Shown: piece by piece, positions 11,421 to 23,408 of the stretch
Position numbering within the stretch: the stretch's first letter is position 1
Layout of the letters: every line of letters starts with the position of its first letter
Source: Vicugna vicugna
Lineage: Eukaryota
DNA length: 64,000 nt
Direction of reading: 5' to 3'
NCBI GenBank assembly: GCA_013265495.1
Contig: MU057947.1
Span: forward strand, 134,048-198,047
Translations under genes and position numbers: made by a program
The notes under the pieces: model-generated
Database searches by the model: none
Seen by the model: only the letters and a program-made list of their open reading frames with translations
What the model was told of the DNA's origin: nothing

Positions 11421-13794
11421 AAAAGTCAGACCTCCGCTCTCCCTGGGGGCCCAGTGATGCAAACGGACTGAGTTCTCACTTGACCAAAGTCAGCTGCTGC
11501 TCAGCACTGGCTTTGGGGTTTTCTGCCATTATTTCAGCTTCAAGGAATCTGATGTACTAAACTGATTTAGAAAACAAATCCTGTCACCAACTTTCGCCTC
11601 CATTCCTGACTTCAGGGATACTCAGAGTCTCGCATCCAATAAGCATTGATCCGCTAACCCCGTTACAGAGCGCAGTAGGAACACATAGTTATGGGAAATA
11701 AAATAGGAAAATATTTCTCTAACCATGAGAGGATGTCTCCAGATGAAAACACTGTTCTTCCGTCAACACAATAAAACACCCTCCCTGCACACAAGAAATC
11801 GTATACGATGCTCGCCGAGGTCTAACGTTTTGGTTTTCCAAGCCCGGGCGGAGGCCTTTGGTGCCAGGGAGTTCACAACTTCCAAAATTATAATATGAAT
11901 TTTAAACAGAGGAACAAGAGGAGGGTCAGGAATGTTCATACTGAAGTTTTTTTAATTTGTTTTTTCTTTTAAAGTCTGAAGTCTTAAAGCATTTTAGCAG
12001 TCCAACCACAGAAAGATTTTTATTTCTCATTCACATGAAATAACCGACCACAGCCTTAACATTAAAATAACAAAAACACTCAAGTAACTCTTGATGTTGT
12101 TAAATACAAGAAAAATATTTCAGTGTTTCTCTTTTTTTGCCAAGATTTTTTACATATTTGTGGAAACAGGGAGGGAAAACTCTATCTTGTGAAGGAGAGA
12201 AATAAGATAGAGCCAGGAGAGTTTTAACTGAGAGTCTCTTACTAAATGACTCCCCATGTGCAGTTTCCCCCAAGGATAAGCCACAGCGTTTTAAGGAGCA
12301 GTACCGTCCTGGGGCTTGGAGATGCTCTTTGGCACTTCATACAACTGCCCACAAATAAAAAGAAGGGAAATTCCTTGGTTAAGATTGACCTCAGTGCACA
12401 CAAATTCATCTCTGGTAAACAAACAAACTTTTGTCCCTTGCAGGGAAAGGATTCTTTGGTTCCCTCGTGGTCTCACGGTGCAGCTGGCATCCCACCACAG
12501 AGGCAAAGCGGCCCTCCTCCAAGGCCTGGGGCATCTGGAGTTGACTTGGGGAGGTGGGCAGCGCCATGGAGGACGTGTCCCAAAGTGAACTGCAGCCTCA
12601 GAAGCAGAACGTGCCGAAGACAAAAGTGAGCAGCCAAGCCACGGGGCAGAACCAACCTGAACTTTTTCCCTTGTAAAAATTCTCACCTCAGGCACGTGGA
12701 ATAATCCTACCGATAGAGATACGTTTTTCTGGTGTTTACGCCTCTATCAATGGAAAACTCTATAACGTAAGTGGTTCTCAGAAGACATCACTATTCGTGC
12801 ATCAGGAGAGATCTGTGGGTCCCAGTAAACCAACACGGGCCCTTCCACAGCAGGGCCCCGATAACTACACCAGAGTGAATAAATGGCTGGTGAGATTTGC
12901 CTCTTGAGATTCATAAGCGTGGATGAACTAGAGTTAACAGCAAATCGTTTATGGATTTGTTCACCATGCCTCCTTATTTAGAAGGACAGACATTAAGCTC
13001 TTTTTAGACTAATAATTGCTTCTTTCCAAAAAAGGATTTAAGTTGTTAAAATCGTTCATTTACCAAGAATAAAAAGACTCACCAAGGCTATAATTGGGAA
13101 TAAGAGAAATGTCAACCCTCTTATTAATTTTAATTTTGATGATGAAGACACTGAATTCTGTTGTTTGAGCAGATTCTACACAGACACAGTAACAGGTGAA
13201 TAGTCAGGGCTTTCACAGGCCCACTGATGTCCTAAAAATAAACAGTGTTTAGGGAGAAATTTTAACTTTTGGAAACTCACTAGGTGACCCTTTTAGACAA
13301 TCGTTAATATGGTACTTGGGGTGGTTAACATTCTTTCAGAGGGAACAGAAAGACAGTGTTTATCTCAGAAGCACTCTGGTGACTTTTAAACAAGTAACGG
13401 ATCTACTGAGGACCAGGATAGAACCAGGGAATAACAAAGGTGATGATGGAGCAAATAGGACCAACTAAAGGCTGGACAAGAGGGAGGCACCGATGTACCA
13501 GGATTCACATTTGTTTTCAGTCCTTTATGCCAAGTCTGACACTGGGGTGGTATCCAACTGGTCACCTGACATAAGGGAGGTTAGTTATTTGTGGTGACAA
13601 AATGAAAGCTGTCTTAATCTTGCAGACCTAGTCAAATGATGAAACAGGAACCGCTGGATTCTCTCGGGGGCTAATTAGAAAACCTCATGGCGGTGAGACA
13701 TTGCTAGCTCGCTTGTCAGTCTCACTGTCGACTTCCCAAAGTACACATACCATTGGACGGATTCACAGCAGTGGCTGCATCTTTATCAAGATGT

Positions 13795-14110
13795 GGGGAC
13801 GCAGACTGGACATGGCTGTGGATGTGGTAGACGTGGATCTGGACGTAGATATAGACTGGATGTGGACGGGATTATAAGTTTGAGGGGAAGTGTTGGAAGT
13901 GTGGATATAGAAATGGATCCGGGTGAGGATGGGATAGAGGGGTGGATGGAGGTGTGGATAGGGAAGGGCTGGGGATGGCGATGAGGATGAGGATACGGAC
14001 ATGGCTATGCATGCAGACATGGATGGGAAAAGGGATAAGGATAGGGTTGCAGACGGGGATGCAGACAGCGATACGCTTGTGGACGTGCACGGGGGACATG
14101 GATGAGAGTG
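13795..14110 (+). repeat. Highly degenerate hexamer repeat (RTRGAY)n
   Basis: ATGGCT GTGGAT...GTGGAT CTGGAC GTAGAT ATAGAC...ATGAGG ATGAGG ATACGG AC...; 6-bp periodicity, purine-rich strand. Confidence 0.75.
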
Positions 14111-15602
14111 GGGTAATGCCACTCAGAGTCAGTGCCTCATCCCCAAACACAGGAGCTGCAAAATCCGAACCCCCTCCAGACGGGGATTCCATTTGACTAG
14201 TCCCCCTTCTCCATCTTACCTGGAGCACTTGTCGTGTCTTGGGGTTATTGATTCACAGTACAGAAATTGAGTTTTATTCAGAAATTTTGTGAGTTGTGGC
14301 AGTCTAATGCCATTTCTTCTCATCACCCAGGCCTAGCTTCTAAGCCCTGAGAAGCCTGTGACTAATAGTTAGTGTTCCCTCATGTACGTAGTGCCTGTGA
14401 CTTCAGGAAGCTGGCATCCTGAAATGCGTGGAGAGACAGACTAACGGAATCGAAGAAACTGTGCAGTTGGAAAGTTCAAAAAGTTGACTATATCTTTAGC
14501 TTGCTAGCGTGAGCGTTCCCTGCTCTTGGAGGAAATGTCATGATAAAAACAAACCTTCAGGAAAATATCATCACATCATAATTTCTGCCATTTAAATGCC
14601 TACGAGAGCTAAGCTTTTTTTTTTTTAATTTTTAAATACCCGGGGCTAATAGTTTACTTGTTTCTGACAATAATCTCCACTGGCTTCAGTAAAACACCCC
14701 TAAGTAGTTAAGGCACAGCTGGCCAGTCGCCTCCTCTCATGCTGTTGGATTCAGTCAACAAGTCAATTATTTATTCAGCAGATGTTTTGACTCCATGGGC
14801 CAATGAGAACTTTATAGCCAGTATGTCACACAAGCCACACTCCCACACTCGCTCACTAACACTCCTGACTGCACTCTTACGGGGAAATTATCTCAAGACC
14901 GTGGAAAATTTATAGACAAATATCCCAACCTCACTTTGCTCAAGTCAGAATGGCATTCTTCTGAGATCTTTCGGGATTCCCTGTGGCTCTCCTGGGAACC
15001 CCGTGGTAATTACACACCACAATTACCATGTGTATCTTCACTGTGGTGTGACTACAATCAAAATTCCTCCTCTGTGCCTGTCACAGCAAAGACCCGATAA
15101 TCTCTCTGAAGATCCATACGTAGCTGGTAACCTCAAAGTTCTGAATTTCTTCCACATGACAGTACGAGCTTCTTCCTTTTTCTTGAAAGGCCACATGACA
15201 GATTTGGTTAAGAGAATGGAGCTCTTCAAAAGAAGTGTCTAGGTTTTGTCATCTTGCCAACATCTTCTGTTCAAGATTCTTCTCATAGACTTTCCCATTA
15301 TTAACATTATCCTTGTGGGGAAGATTCCAGGGTCAAATAAGAGATGTTGGTCTTCAAAGACATTCCATGTTTTACAGGGATAATTGCTCTGTTCTCCTAG
15401 GAGGGCCTGTCTGCTCGGGGCCTGGTCGACAGATCTCAAGAAGAGCATTTGAGTCTGTCAACTTGGGAGAAGCCTCATCTCAGAAGGTAGCTGGGCAGCG
15501 AGAGGAAGAATCAGGCCATTCCAGCCTGACAGAGGCCCTGGCCAGTGTGTTGAGTCCAAATGTGGCTCTGATTACGCAGGTGCGTTTGCCCATCCTGATG
15601 TG

Positions 15603-15980
15603 ACACTCCGGGGTCTCCAGAGAAACAGAGCCAAGAGGGGGTGTGTGTGTGTGCATGTGCGTGTGTGTAAAATAGAGATGTATTTTTTTTAAATAGGCTC
15701 TTGCACTAGTGGGTCAGTCTGATACCCAGGGGCCAAGCTGGTAGGTAGTTTGGACACTCAGAGTTTCTATGTCATCGTCTTAAGGCAGAATTCGTTCCTT
15801 TCTGGGAAACTTCAGGTTTCTGTTCTCAAGGCTTTCAAGGGATTGGATGAGTCCCATCCACATTTTTGAGGATAATCTTCCTTCCTTAAGTCAACTGATC
15901 ATCTACAAAATACCTTCCCTGCTGCACCGAGACTGTCATTGGACCAGGTAACTGGGCTCCATCGCAGGTGGTGCTGACAA
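15603..15980 (-). mobile_element. MLT2-type ERVL solo LTR
   Basis: GGGTCTCCAGAGAAACAGAGCCAA, internal (GT)n, GATTGGATGAGTCCCATCCACATT...CTTAAGTCAACTGAT...ATCTACAAAATACCTTC. Confidence 0.85.
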
Positions 15981-16289
15981 GGCCCCGCGTTTCCAGATGC
16001 TGACCTCATTTTTCCCATCACCTCTCTCTTCATACCCTCATAATGGGCCCCTGAGTGTCCCGTGGGCTGTGGGGCAGGCATGTCCCTGTCCCTTCCCTGG
16101 GTGGCCCTGGCAATACCTTGCCGGTCTTCTGCCATTGGAGCCCCCATAAGTCACTGGTTACGCCCCTTCTACTTCGCTACAGGAAGGCCCCCCTGGGCTG
16201 GGGCAGGGTGGTGGGGGACCCACCATCCTCTCCACCCATGCTCATCGCCGCAGTTCCCACATGTCGTCCACCCCGCGAACACCCCCTCT

Positions 16290-17110
16290 ATCCCTCCTCC
16301 CGGCAGGCAGGGCAGTGTGCAGGGCCGCCGAGGTCGACTCCTATCCTCAGGACTCACTCAGAAGTCAGCAGGGGTCCAGCAGGGTGGGCTGCAGGAGGAG
16401 GTGGGATGGACTTCCCAGGGCACAGGACGGTCCGGGAGGGCGGGGAAGGCAGAGGGGAGGAGGGCGCCTCTGGCGGAATGAGGCGGATTGCTGGGCTCCC
16501 TGAGAGATTCCACGCATGCGCAGAGGCTTGCCGAGGCCCTCGCCGCGTGCCTGGCCCACGCCCCGCGCTGGCCAGACCGCCCGGCGCTAGAATCCGTCGC
16601 TTAGACCCAATAGTTCTCCCGAACGGGACGAGCGGAGGTTTGCACAGGTGTCTCTGAGACAGTAGAGAAGTTAAGCATGGGAAGAAATGGAAAAGATAAA
16701 GGGACACGGGTCTCCCTGCCCGCTTTCCTCTTCAGATGCGGGCGTGCTGCCGTCCGATGCGCCGGCGGGCTACGCAGCGGCACTGGAGGGGCCTCATCCA
16801 GTCTCATCCGGAACGGCCGGCGGGACCCGCTGGCTCGCCTGCCTGCTGCAGGCACCCGGCCCCGCGGCCCCGGGACACCATCCGCCGTGGCTGCTGAGCC
16901 CAAGCCAATGGTCAGGGGCCCTGCAACTCGGCCGGCTTCCACAGGGCGGGTCCGGAAGCGCTGAGCGCGCCCACAGCGGGTGCGGAGGTGGGGGGATTCG
17001 GAACCCGCATCTCCCGCTCCCGTTTGTCATTTCAGGGACGTGGAAGCTGAGACCACAAGGGGAGGCCCTGCCCGGGCCGGAGCGGTGGAATCGGGGACAG
17101 AGGCGCTTTC
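16290..17110. promoter_or_regulatory. CpG island with promoter-like motifs
   Basis: NRF1-like ACGCATGCGCA (16512), KLF/SP CCACGCCCC (16556), CCAAT (16607, 16905), GC box GGGCGG (16944) next to ETS CCGGAAG (16952). Confidence 0.6.
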
Positions 17111-17859
17111 CGTTATGTTTCTGAACCCAGAGTCAAGGAGTGATCTGAGCGACAGACCCTCAGTGTGTGGAAGGATTCACTAATTCCTTAAGTGTCTTTA
17201 ATTAACCTGAATTTCAAACAACTCTTTTACACAACTGTGCCTGTAAAGCCGTGCCGGTTCCCGCACGTATCTGGAGGGCCAGCGGGAGGGAGGCTCCTGC
17301 CCTCGGCCCCCAGCCCCAGGACACACACCTGAAGGGGCAAGGACTCCTTCCTCCCGGGAAGGGGCTTTCTTCGTTCACAAAGGATTTCCCGGCCACAGAG
17401 TACAAGTGTGTTCTTGCAAGATCCTTGCCTAATTTGTAGAAAAGTTGGTTTGTTATTTACCCTACGTGTACAATACAAGAGGTGGCCTTCCCTTGCGAGT
17501 ATCAGGGGTATGGTGGGCAAATCAAATCGGAAAGAGGGAGGAAGTAAGACCCAGCTAAGGGTGAGAAGATAGAAAATGGGGGGCGGGTGATAAATGATTA
17601 CCATGTGTGAGCAGCCAAACTGGAAGCAGCAAAGTTTATGGCAATGATCAAAGCCACTGGGAGAGCTGCAGTGTCCTCCAGCCGACTGGCGCTTCGTGAA
17701 TTGGGTAGCAATTCAGGGAAATTATGAAAAGCCAATTAGGGAGGGTTTTTGGTTTGTTTTTTTGTTTGTTTTTTCAAATTATTGTTGGGCACTGGTAGAG
17801 TCTTTAAAAGGCTACGGTGATCTGCAGTCTTGGAGCTGAGATGCTCCCCCTCCAGGGAG

Positions 17860-18240
17860 GCCCAGGGCTGGGCTGGCGAGAGGAAGCGCGTCCCCCACAG
17901 CGGGGTGCGGGGCGGGGGCAGAGCTGAGCGGACCCCCACCCACTCTGAAGGACTTTGGAAACAAACATCATGCCCGTGCTCTCTGCCAGGATGCATTCTG
18001 GAGCGGCGGCGGTTGGAACCATTTCCTCGTGTTCTGGGAAGCAGAGCTGGACGTGTTCCTCCAATGCGGGAAAAGCCCTCGTCCGTGAGAGGTGGGGAGG
18101 GAAGGGCGCGGAGCAAGGAGGTGGGGCGGGGAAGACAGACAGGCTGGGAGGCTCTGCCCGGTGTCAGGAGGCGGGGGCGGGAGGAAGGGCCCGAGTCGGA
18201 GGCTGGCCTAGTTGGCACCTTCCCCGATACCGGAATTGAG
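17860..18240. promoter_or_regulatory. Small G-skewed CpG-rich island
   Basis: Several GGGGCGGG boxes and CpGs on a G-rich top strand. Confidence 0.5.
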
Positions 18241-18413
18241 AAATTGCAGGAACTCCAGAATGCTGTACCGCCCACAAGTCACTTCTATTTGGCTATGGGG
18301 CCATCATGGAATTCCCTGCAACAGGCTCCCTTCTGAATTCTGTATTTTGGTTCATACTTAAAAGAACATTTCTCAAAAGATGTCAATTGTTAGCTCCAAG
18401 AGCGGCGCTGAGT

Positions 18414-18425
18414 CCACCAGGTGGC
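18414..18425 (+). promoter_or_regulatory. Candidate CTCF site
   Basis: CCACCAGGTGGC matches the CTCF core CCASYAGRKGGC. Confidence 0.4.
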
Positions 18426-18806
18426 CAAGCGCCGGCCTCGAACAGAGGTCCTGAGACCTGAGCCTCCTATGGAAAGCACAGATGCTCCCCGACCCCCGCC
18501 CCACCTTCCCGTCCCCAGGCACAGAGCAGGGGCAGCTCCAGACTCGAGCCGCCCACCAGGCGGAGGGTGCAGCCTCCAGAGTGGCTCCCTGTCACTTCCT
18601 GTCAAAGCTGAGGATCCAGAGCACAGAGGGTGACAGACCCCTCAGATACCTGCACCAAAGTCCCCAGCTAGCATCCCACCAGGCGAGGGGGGCCGTCAGC
18701 ACCCACCCCATCATGGGGTGGATTGCTTCACATTAAAAGCAGGTGAAGGGCAACGTGAAACTCATTCCTGATTCTGAAAAACATTAATGCAAAGACACCA
18801 GGTTTC

Positions 18807-21437
18807 CTTTTTTTTTTTTTTTTTTTTTGCGATATAGCTGACATACAATAGCATGTTAGCTTCAGGTGTTCTGCATACGTTATGAAATGGTCACCATGAT
18901 AAGTCTGGGAACCCTCTGTCCCCATGCAAAGTCGTTACAATACTGTTAACTATCTTCCCTGTGCTGCATGTCCTATTCCTGGGACTTAACTTAGTTTATA
19001 AGTGGAGGTTTGCACCTCTTAATCCTTTTCACCTACTTGTCCCCTCCACAGCCCTCCCCTCTGGCAACCACCAGATTGTTATCCATATCTATGAGTCTGT
19101 TTTCACTTTGTCTGTTTTGTTTTTTGTGAATTTCACATTTAAATGGGACCTTGCAATGTCTTTCTTGATCTGATTTCATTTAGCATAACACCCTCTAGGT
19201 CCAACCATGTTATCCCAAATTATAAGATTCCTCTTCTTATGGCTGAGCAATATCCCATCGTATAGATATACCACATCTTTATCCAGTCAACTATCAACAG
19301 ACACTAACGCTGCTTCCATATCTTGGCTATTGTAAATAACGCTTCAATAAACATCTGTGTGCATGTATCTTTTCAAATGAATGTTTTCACTTTATTTGGG
19401 CAAATACCCAGAAGTGAAACTGCTTGATCATAAGGCGGCTCTATTTTTAACTTTTTGACAAACCTACACATTGTTTTCCATAGTGGCTGTACCAGTTAAC
19501 ATTCTCACCAATAGTGCACAAGGGTTCCCTTTCTTCACATCCTCACCAGCATTTGTTATTTATTGTCTTTCTGATGAAAGCCATTCTGACAGCTGTGAAG
19601 TGATGCCCCAGTGTGGTTCTGAACTGCATTCCCTGATAAGTAGTGATGTCGCGCATCTTTCCACGTTCTCGTTCACTGTCTGGATGTCTTCCTTGGGAAA
19701 ATGTGTATTCAGGTCCTCTGCCCATTTTTTAATTGGATTTTTGTTTTATTTTGTTTTGATGTTGAGTTGTTTAAGTTCTTTGTATATTTTGGATATTAAC
19801 CTCTTATCAGATGTATCATTTGTAATAGCTTCTCCCAGTCAGTAGGCAGACTTTTTGTTCCGTTGATAGTTCCCTTCACTGTGCAGGCGCTTTTTAGTTT
19901 GACGTAATTCCATTTGTTTATTTTTGCTTTTGCTTCCCTTGCCAGAGGAGAACATATCCAAAGAACTATTGCTAAGACCAGTGTCAAAGAGCGTAGTGCC
20001 AGTATTTTCTTCTAGGAGTTTTATGTTTTCAGGTCTTACATGTAAGTCTTCAATCCATTTTGAGTTTATTTGTTTAGATGGTGTGAGAAAGTAGTTCAGT
20101 TGCTTCTTTTGCATTGGGCTGTTTGGTTTTCCCAACACCATTTATTGAAGAGTTGTCTTTTCCCCATTGCATATTCTTCCCTCCTCTGTCATAGGTTAAT
20201 CGTATACACAAGTGTGGCTTTATTTCTGGGATCTGCATTCTGCTTCATTGATCTGTGTGTCTGTTTTTGTGCCAGCGCCCTGCTGTTTTGATGACTGCAG
20301 TTTTGTAAGTTTGAAATCAGGGAGCTTTGTTCTTTTTCAAGATTGTTTTGGCTATTTGGGGTCTTTTGTGTTTCCATATAAATTTTAGGATTATTTGCTC
20401 TAGTTCTGTGGGGAAAATTGCCATGAATATTTTGACGGGGAGTGCATTGAACCTGTAGGTTGCCTTGGGTAGTAGGTGACTTAATTATATAATTCTTCCA
20501 AATCCATGAGCATGATGTATCTTTCCATTTGTTTATTGTCTTCAATCTCTTTCACATGTCTCAAAGTTTTCTGCATACAGGTCTTTTATCTCTTTCTTAT
20601 CTCCTTCCCTTGGCATTTATATTCTTTTTGATGCAATGGTAAATGGAATTGTTTTCTTCATTTCTCTTTCTGATAGTTTATTGTTTGTGTATAGAAGCAC
20701 ACCAGATTTCTGTAAATCAATTTTATATCCTACAACTTTACTGAATTAATTTATTAGTTCTTAAAGTTTTTTGGTGATATCTTTAGGGTTTTCTATACAG
20801 AGTAGTATGTCTTCTGCAAACATTGACAGTTTTACTTCTTCCTTTCCAATCTGGATTCCTTTCCTGCTTTTTATTGTCTAATTGCTGAGGCTAGGACTTC
20901 CAACGATGCTGAATGAAAGTTCTGAAGTGAGTCTCCTACAGGACACATGTATGTGGCTCCTTTGTCACCCATTCAGACACACTGTGTCTTCGTCTTTTGA
21001 TTGGAGCAACTATTCCATTTATATTTAAAGTAATTATTGATAGGTGTGTAATGACTGCCATGTTGTTCGTTATTTTCTGATTGTATTTGTAGTTCTTTTT
21101 TGTTCCTTTCTCCCTTTTTGTTGTTCTCTTCCCTTAAGATTTGATGGCTGTCTTTAGCATTATGTTTGGATTTCTCTCTCTTTTTGTGTGTGTATTTTTA
21201 GTTGTGGCCTTTTCTTTTCTGCTAAGGGAAGTCCTTTACCATTCCCTGTAAAGCAGTTTCGTGATGTTGAACTCTTTTAGCTTTTGCTTGTCTGTAAAGC
21301 TGTCTCTCAGATCTGAATGCTAACCGTGCCAGGGAGAGCATTGCTGGCGGTAGGTTTTTGCTTTCCTCACTTTGAATACATCACGCTGCTCACTTCCAGT
21401 CTGCAGAGTTTCTGCTGAACAGTCAGGTGACAGCCTG
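18807..21437 (-). mobile_element. Decayed L1: poly-A, 3' UTR, ORF2 C-terminus and part of RT, joined to the EN start, inter-ORF spacer and ORF1 C-terminus
   Basis: Poly-T at 18807-18828. ORF2-like peptides [28 protein letters not shown] (ORF 19839-20141), NKWKDTSCSWI (ORF 20189-20545), [11 protein letters not shown] (~20810-20842, catalytic FADD mutated) and L*ETHFR (~20922-20942). Many stops and frameshifts. Confidence 0.93.
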
Positions 21438-21721
21438 GACCTTGCATCCAAAAGTGGTGAAACTGAGAGTGTAAGGATGACCCTAAACCAGAGATAAGCA
21501 CCCAAGATGGATTAGCAAACCAGAAGAGGAACAGAGGCCCAAGCTAGGGTACCCGATAGCAGAGACACAGGACCAGAGCATCCCAAGTCAGGTGGGCAAG
21601 GAGAAGCCCCAGGAGCATCCTTGAGACACGGCCTTTGGATTAAAGTGGGCCTTCGTGTTCTTCCCGGCATGCTGATGGAGGGAGGTGATCTTAGATGGCC
21701 AAGAATAGAGAAAACAGGAGG

Positions 21722-21995
21722 CAATTATTATCACCATTTTACAGATGAGGAGACAAAGTCAGAGAAGATAAATAACCCCTTTACCCAAATTCAAACAGAT
21801 AGAATTCTGAGTCCAAAGCCAAGGTCTTCTGTGTCCTCATTAACAAAATTGGAATTACTGTCCACACTCCACACTCCTCTTATCCCATGATGTTGAATTA
21901 AAGATCCGAATGGGACCCAATGGCTGTATATTTGCATGAACAAGATGGAGAACCTGAGCCAGTGCCCAGCACAGTAAAGTGGGTTCACGACTGGC
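21722..21995. mobile_element. Two adjacent MIR fragments in opposite orientations
   Basis: ATTATCACCATTTTACAGATGAGGAGACAAAGTCAGAGAAG (MIR core, minus strand), then TCCTCATTAACAAAATTGGAATTA...CAGTGCCCAGCACAGTAAAGTG (plus strand). Confidence 0.65.
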
Positions 21996-22109
21996 TGAGC
22001 AGGGCTGATCAATGAGTTAATATCTGCCTAAGAGAGAGCCCTGATGCTCTGCTGCCTGTGAAGCCTTGCACTCGACCTGACCTAGAGCAGCATTTCCCAG
22101 ACACTTGAG

Positions 22110-22760
22110 ATATCAAATTTGTACGCCAAACAGCACGGGGAGGCAACTTTTGCTATCATGCTCGATTACAGCTCAGAAAGAGTAAGCCAGGCTGAGTGAC
22201 ATGAAACCAAATAAAATTCAACAGGGATGCACAGAAAGCTCTGTATTTAGGTTTTAAAAAATCAATTATACAAGCACAAGATGGGAGGGATGTGGGTTTA
22301 CAAATGTTTGCATGAAATAGCAGGGAGGATTAATGGCCACCGTGTGACACAGTGACAAAGAAGAGAATGGATGCTCTGGCCCCTCCAGCTTCCATATGGA
22401 GGGATGGCGGCATTGGTGCAGGATGGTCCAAGATGGGCACAGCATTTCTGGGGAGAATTAGCACCATTGACTGGATTCTGAGGCAGGTAATTAAGCCAAC
22501 AGAGAGCCCAGAACTTCCATTATTTGAGGAGCAGTGCGTGAAATGCACGAGTTAATCTGAAGCCAGGACTTGGGGAAGAAGGTGGCTGAGGAGGTCTCTG
22601 TATGGCGGGGAGTGGACACCCATGCTGACAGAGCACCCCGTGACGGCCACAGGCACAACTTTCAGAGGCCGACAGCATTTTGATGTACAAGTACTTGTCT
22701 GAGCAGCATGCTTTCTGAAGGCTGAGAAACCCTCACATTGGGAACATAGAATAGAAGCAG
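22110..22760 (+). mobile_element. L3/CR1 LINE 3' fragment
   Basis: AAATTCAACAGGGATGCACAGAAAGCTCTGTATTTAGGTTTTAAAAAATCAATTATACAAGCACAAGATGGGAG resembles the CR1 RT segment KFNRDKCKVLHLG..NQLHKYRMG. Confidence 0.7.
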
Positions 22761-23317
22761 GTAGGGCTGGGCCTGGGCTCCGTCTTTAGATGAGGTTCAT
22801 GGACCCCTGGTTCTTCCTTGGGAGGTGGCGGGGGCGGGTAGACCAGTAGTCCAAGGCTGGGGTTCCAGGCTTCAGGCCCAACCCCTACAAAAGCAGCCCC
22901 CTCTATTCATTCCCCAGACTGAGATTTAATTGGGACAGTGCTTCTCTGGCTGAAAACAAAGTTTTAGAACCACTGCTCTGAATGGCCAAAAAGCCCAGCT
23001 GGTTCCCAAATTTGATCACCCTCCATCCTCAAAACCAGCATATGAACATGTGCAGCTATCTGAGGTTCAGACTCTTCCACTGGAAGTGGCAAGAGGATGG
23101 CGACCTAGAGCCACTGAGTCTCCAGGAAGCACACCGGGGGGCCAGGGGATCAAGGTGATGGAGGACACCACTGTTAGCTTGGGTATAATTTGAAGCAATT
23201 ACCGAATTATTTCAAAGAGTCGGGGCCAGGGGATGTGTGTTCACCCTGTGAGTTTGTCGGCCTTGTTGGCTTATCTGTGAAATCTTTATTTAAGTTCATG
23301 AAAAATGTACACTTCCT

Positions 23318-23408
23318 TTTTTTTAACGCAGGTCCTGGGGATTGAACCCCGGACCCTGATGCATGCTCAGCACGCACTCTGCCTCTGACGTCTTCCCCCT
23401 TTCCCCCC
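23318..23408 (-). mobile_element. Short tRNA-derived SINE (Vic-1-like) with 16-bp TSD
   Basis: GGTCCTGGGGATTGAACCCCGGACCCTGATGCATGCTCAGCACGCACTCT, flanked by AAAATGTACACTTCCT (23302-23317) and AAAATGTACGCTTTCT (23409-23424). Confidence 0.88.

Noticed and set aside
13763..14228. Ser/Pro-rich and Gly/Asp-rich ORFs
   Set aside because: Products of the cryptic hexamer repeat.
16055..17124. ORFs of 145-200 aa over the CpG island
   Set aside because: Low-complexity Pro/Gly/Arg/Ala translations overlapping in many frames, typical of GC-rich non-coding DNA; no recognisable family.
18807..21437. Functional reverse transcriptase or active L1
   Set aside because: Many stops and frameshifts, FADD changed to FAED, a large internal deletion and 5' truncation.
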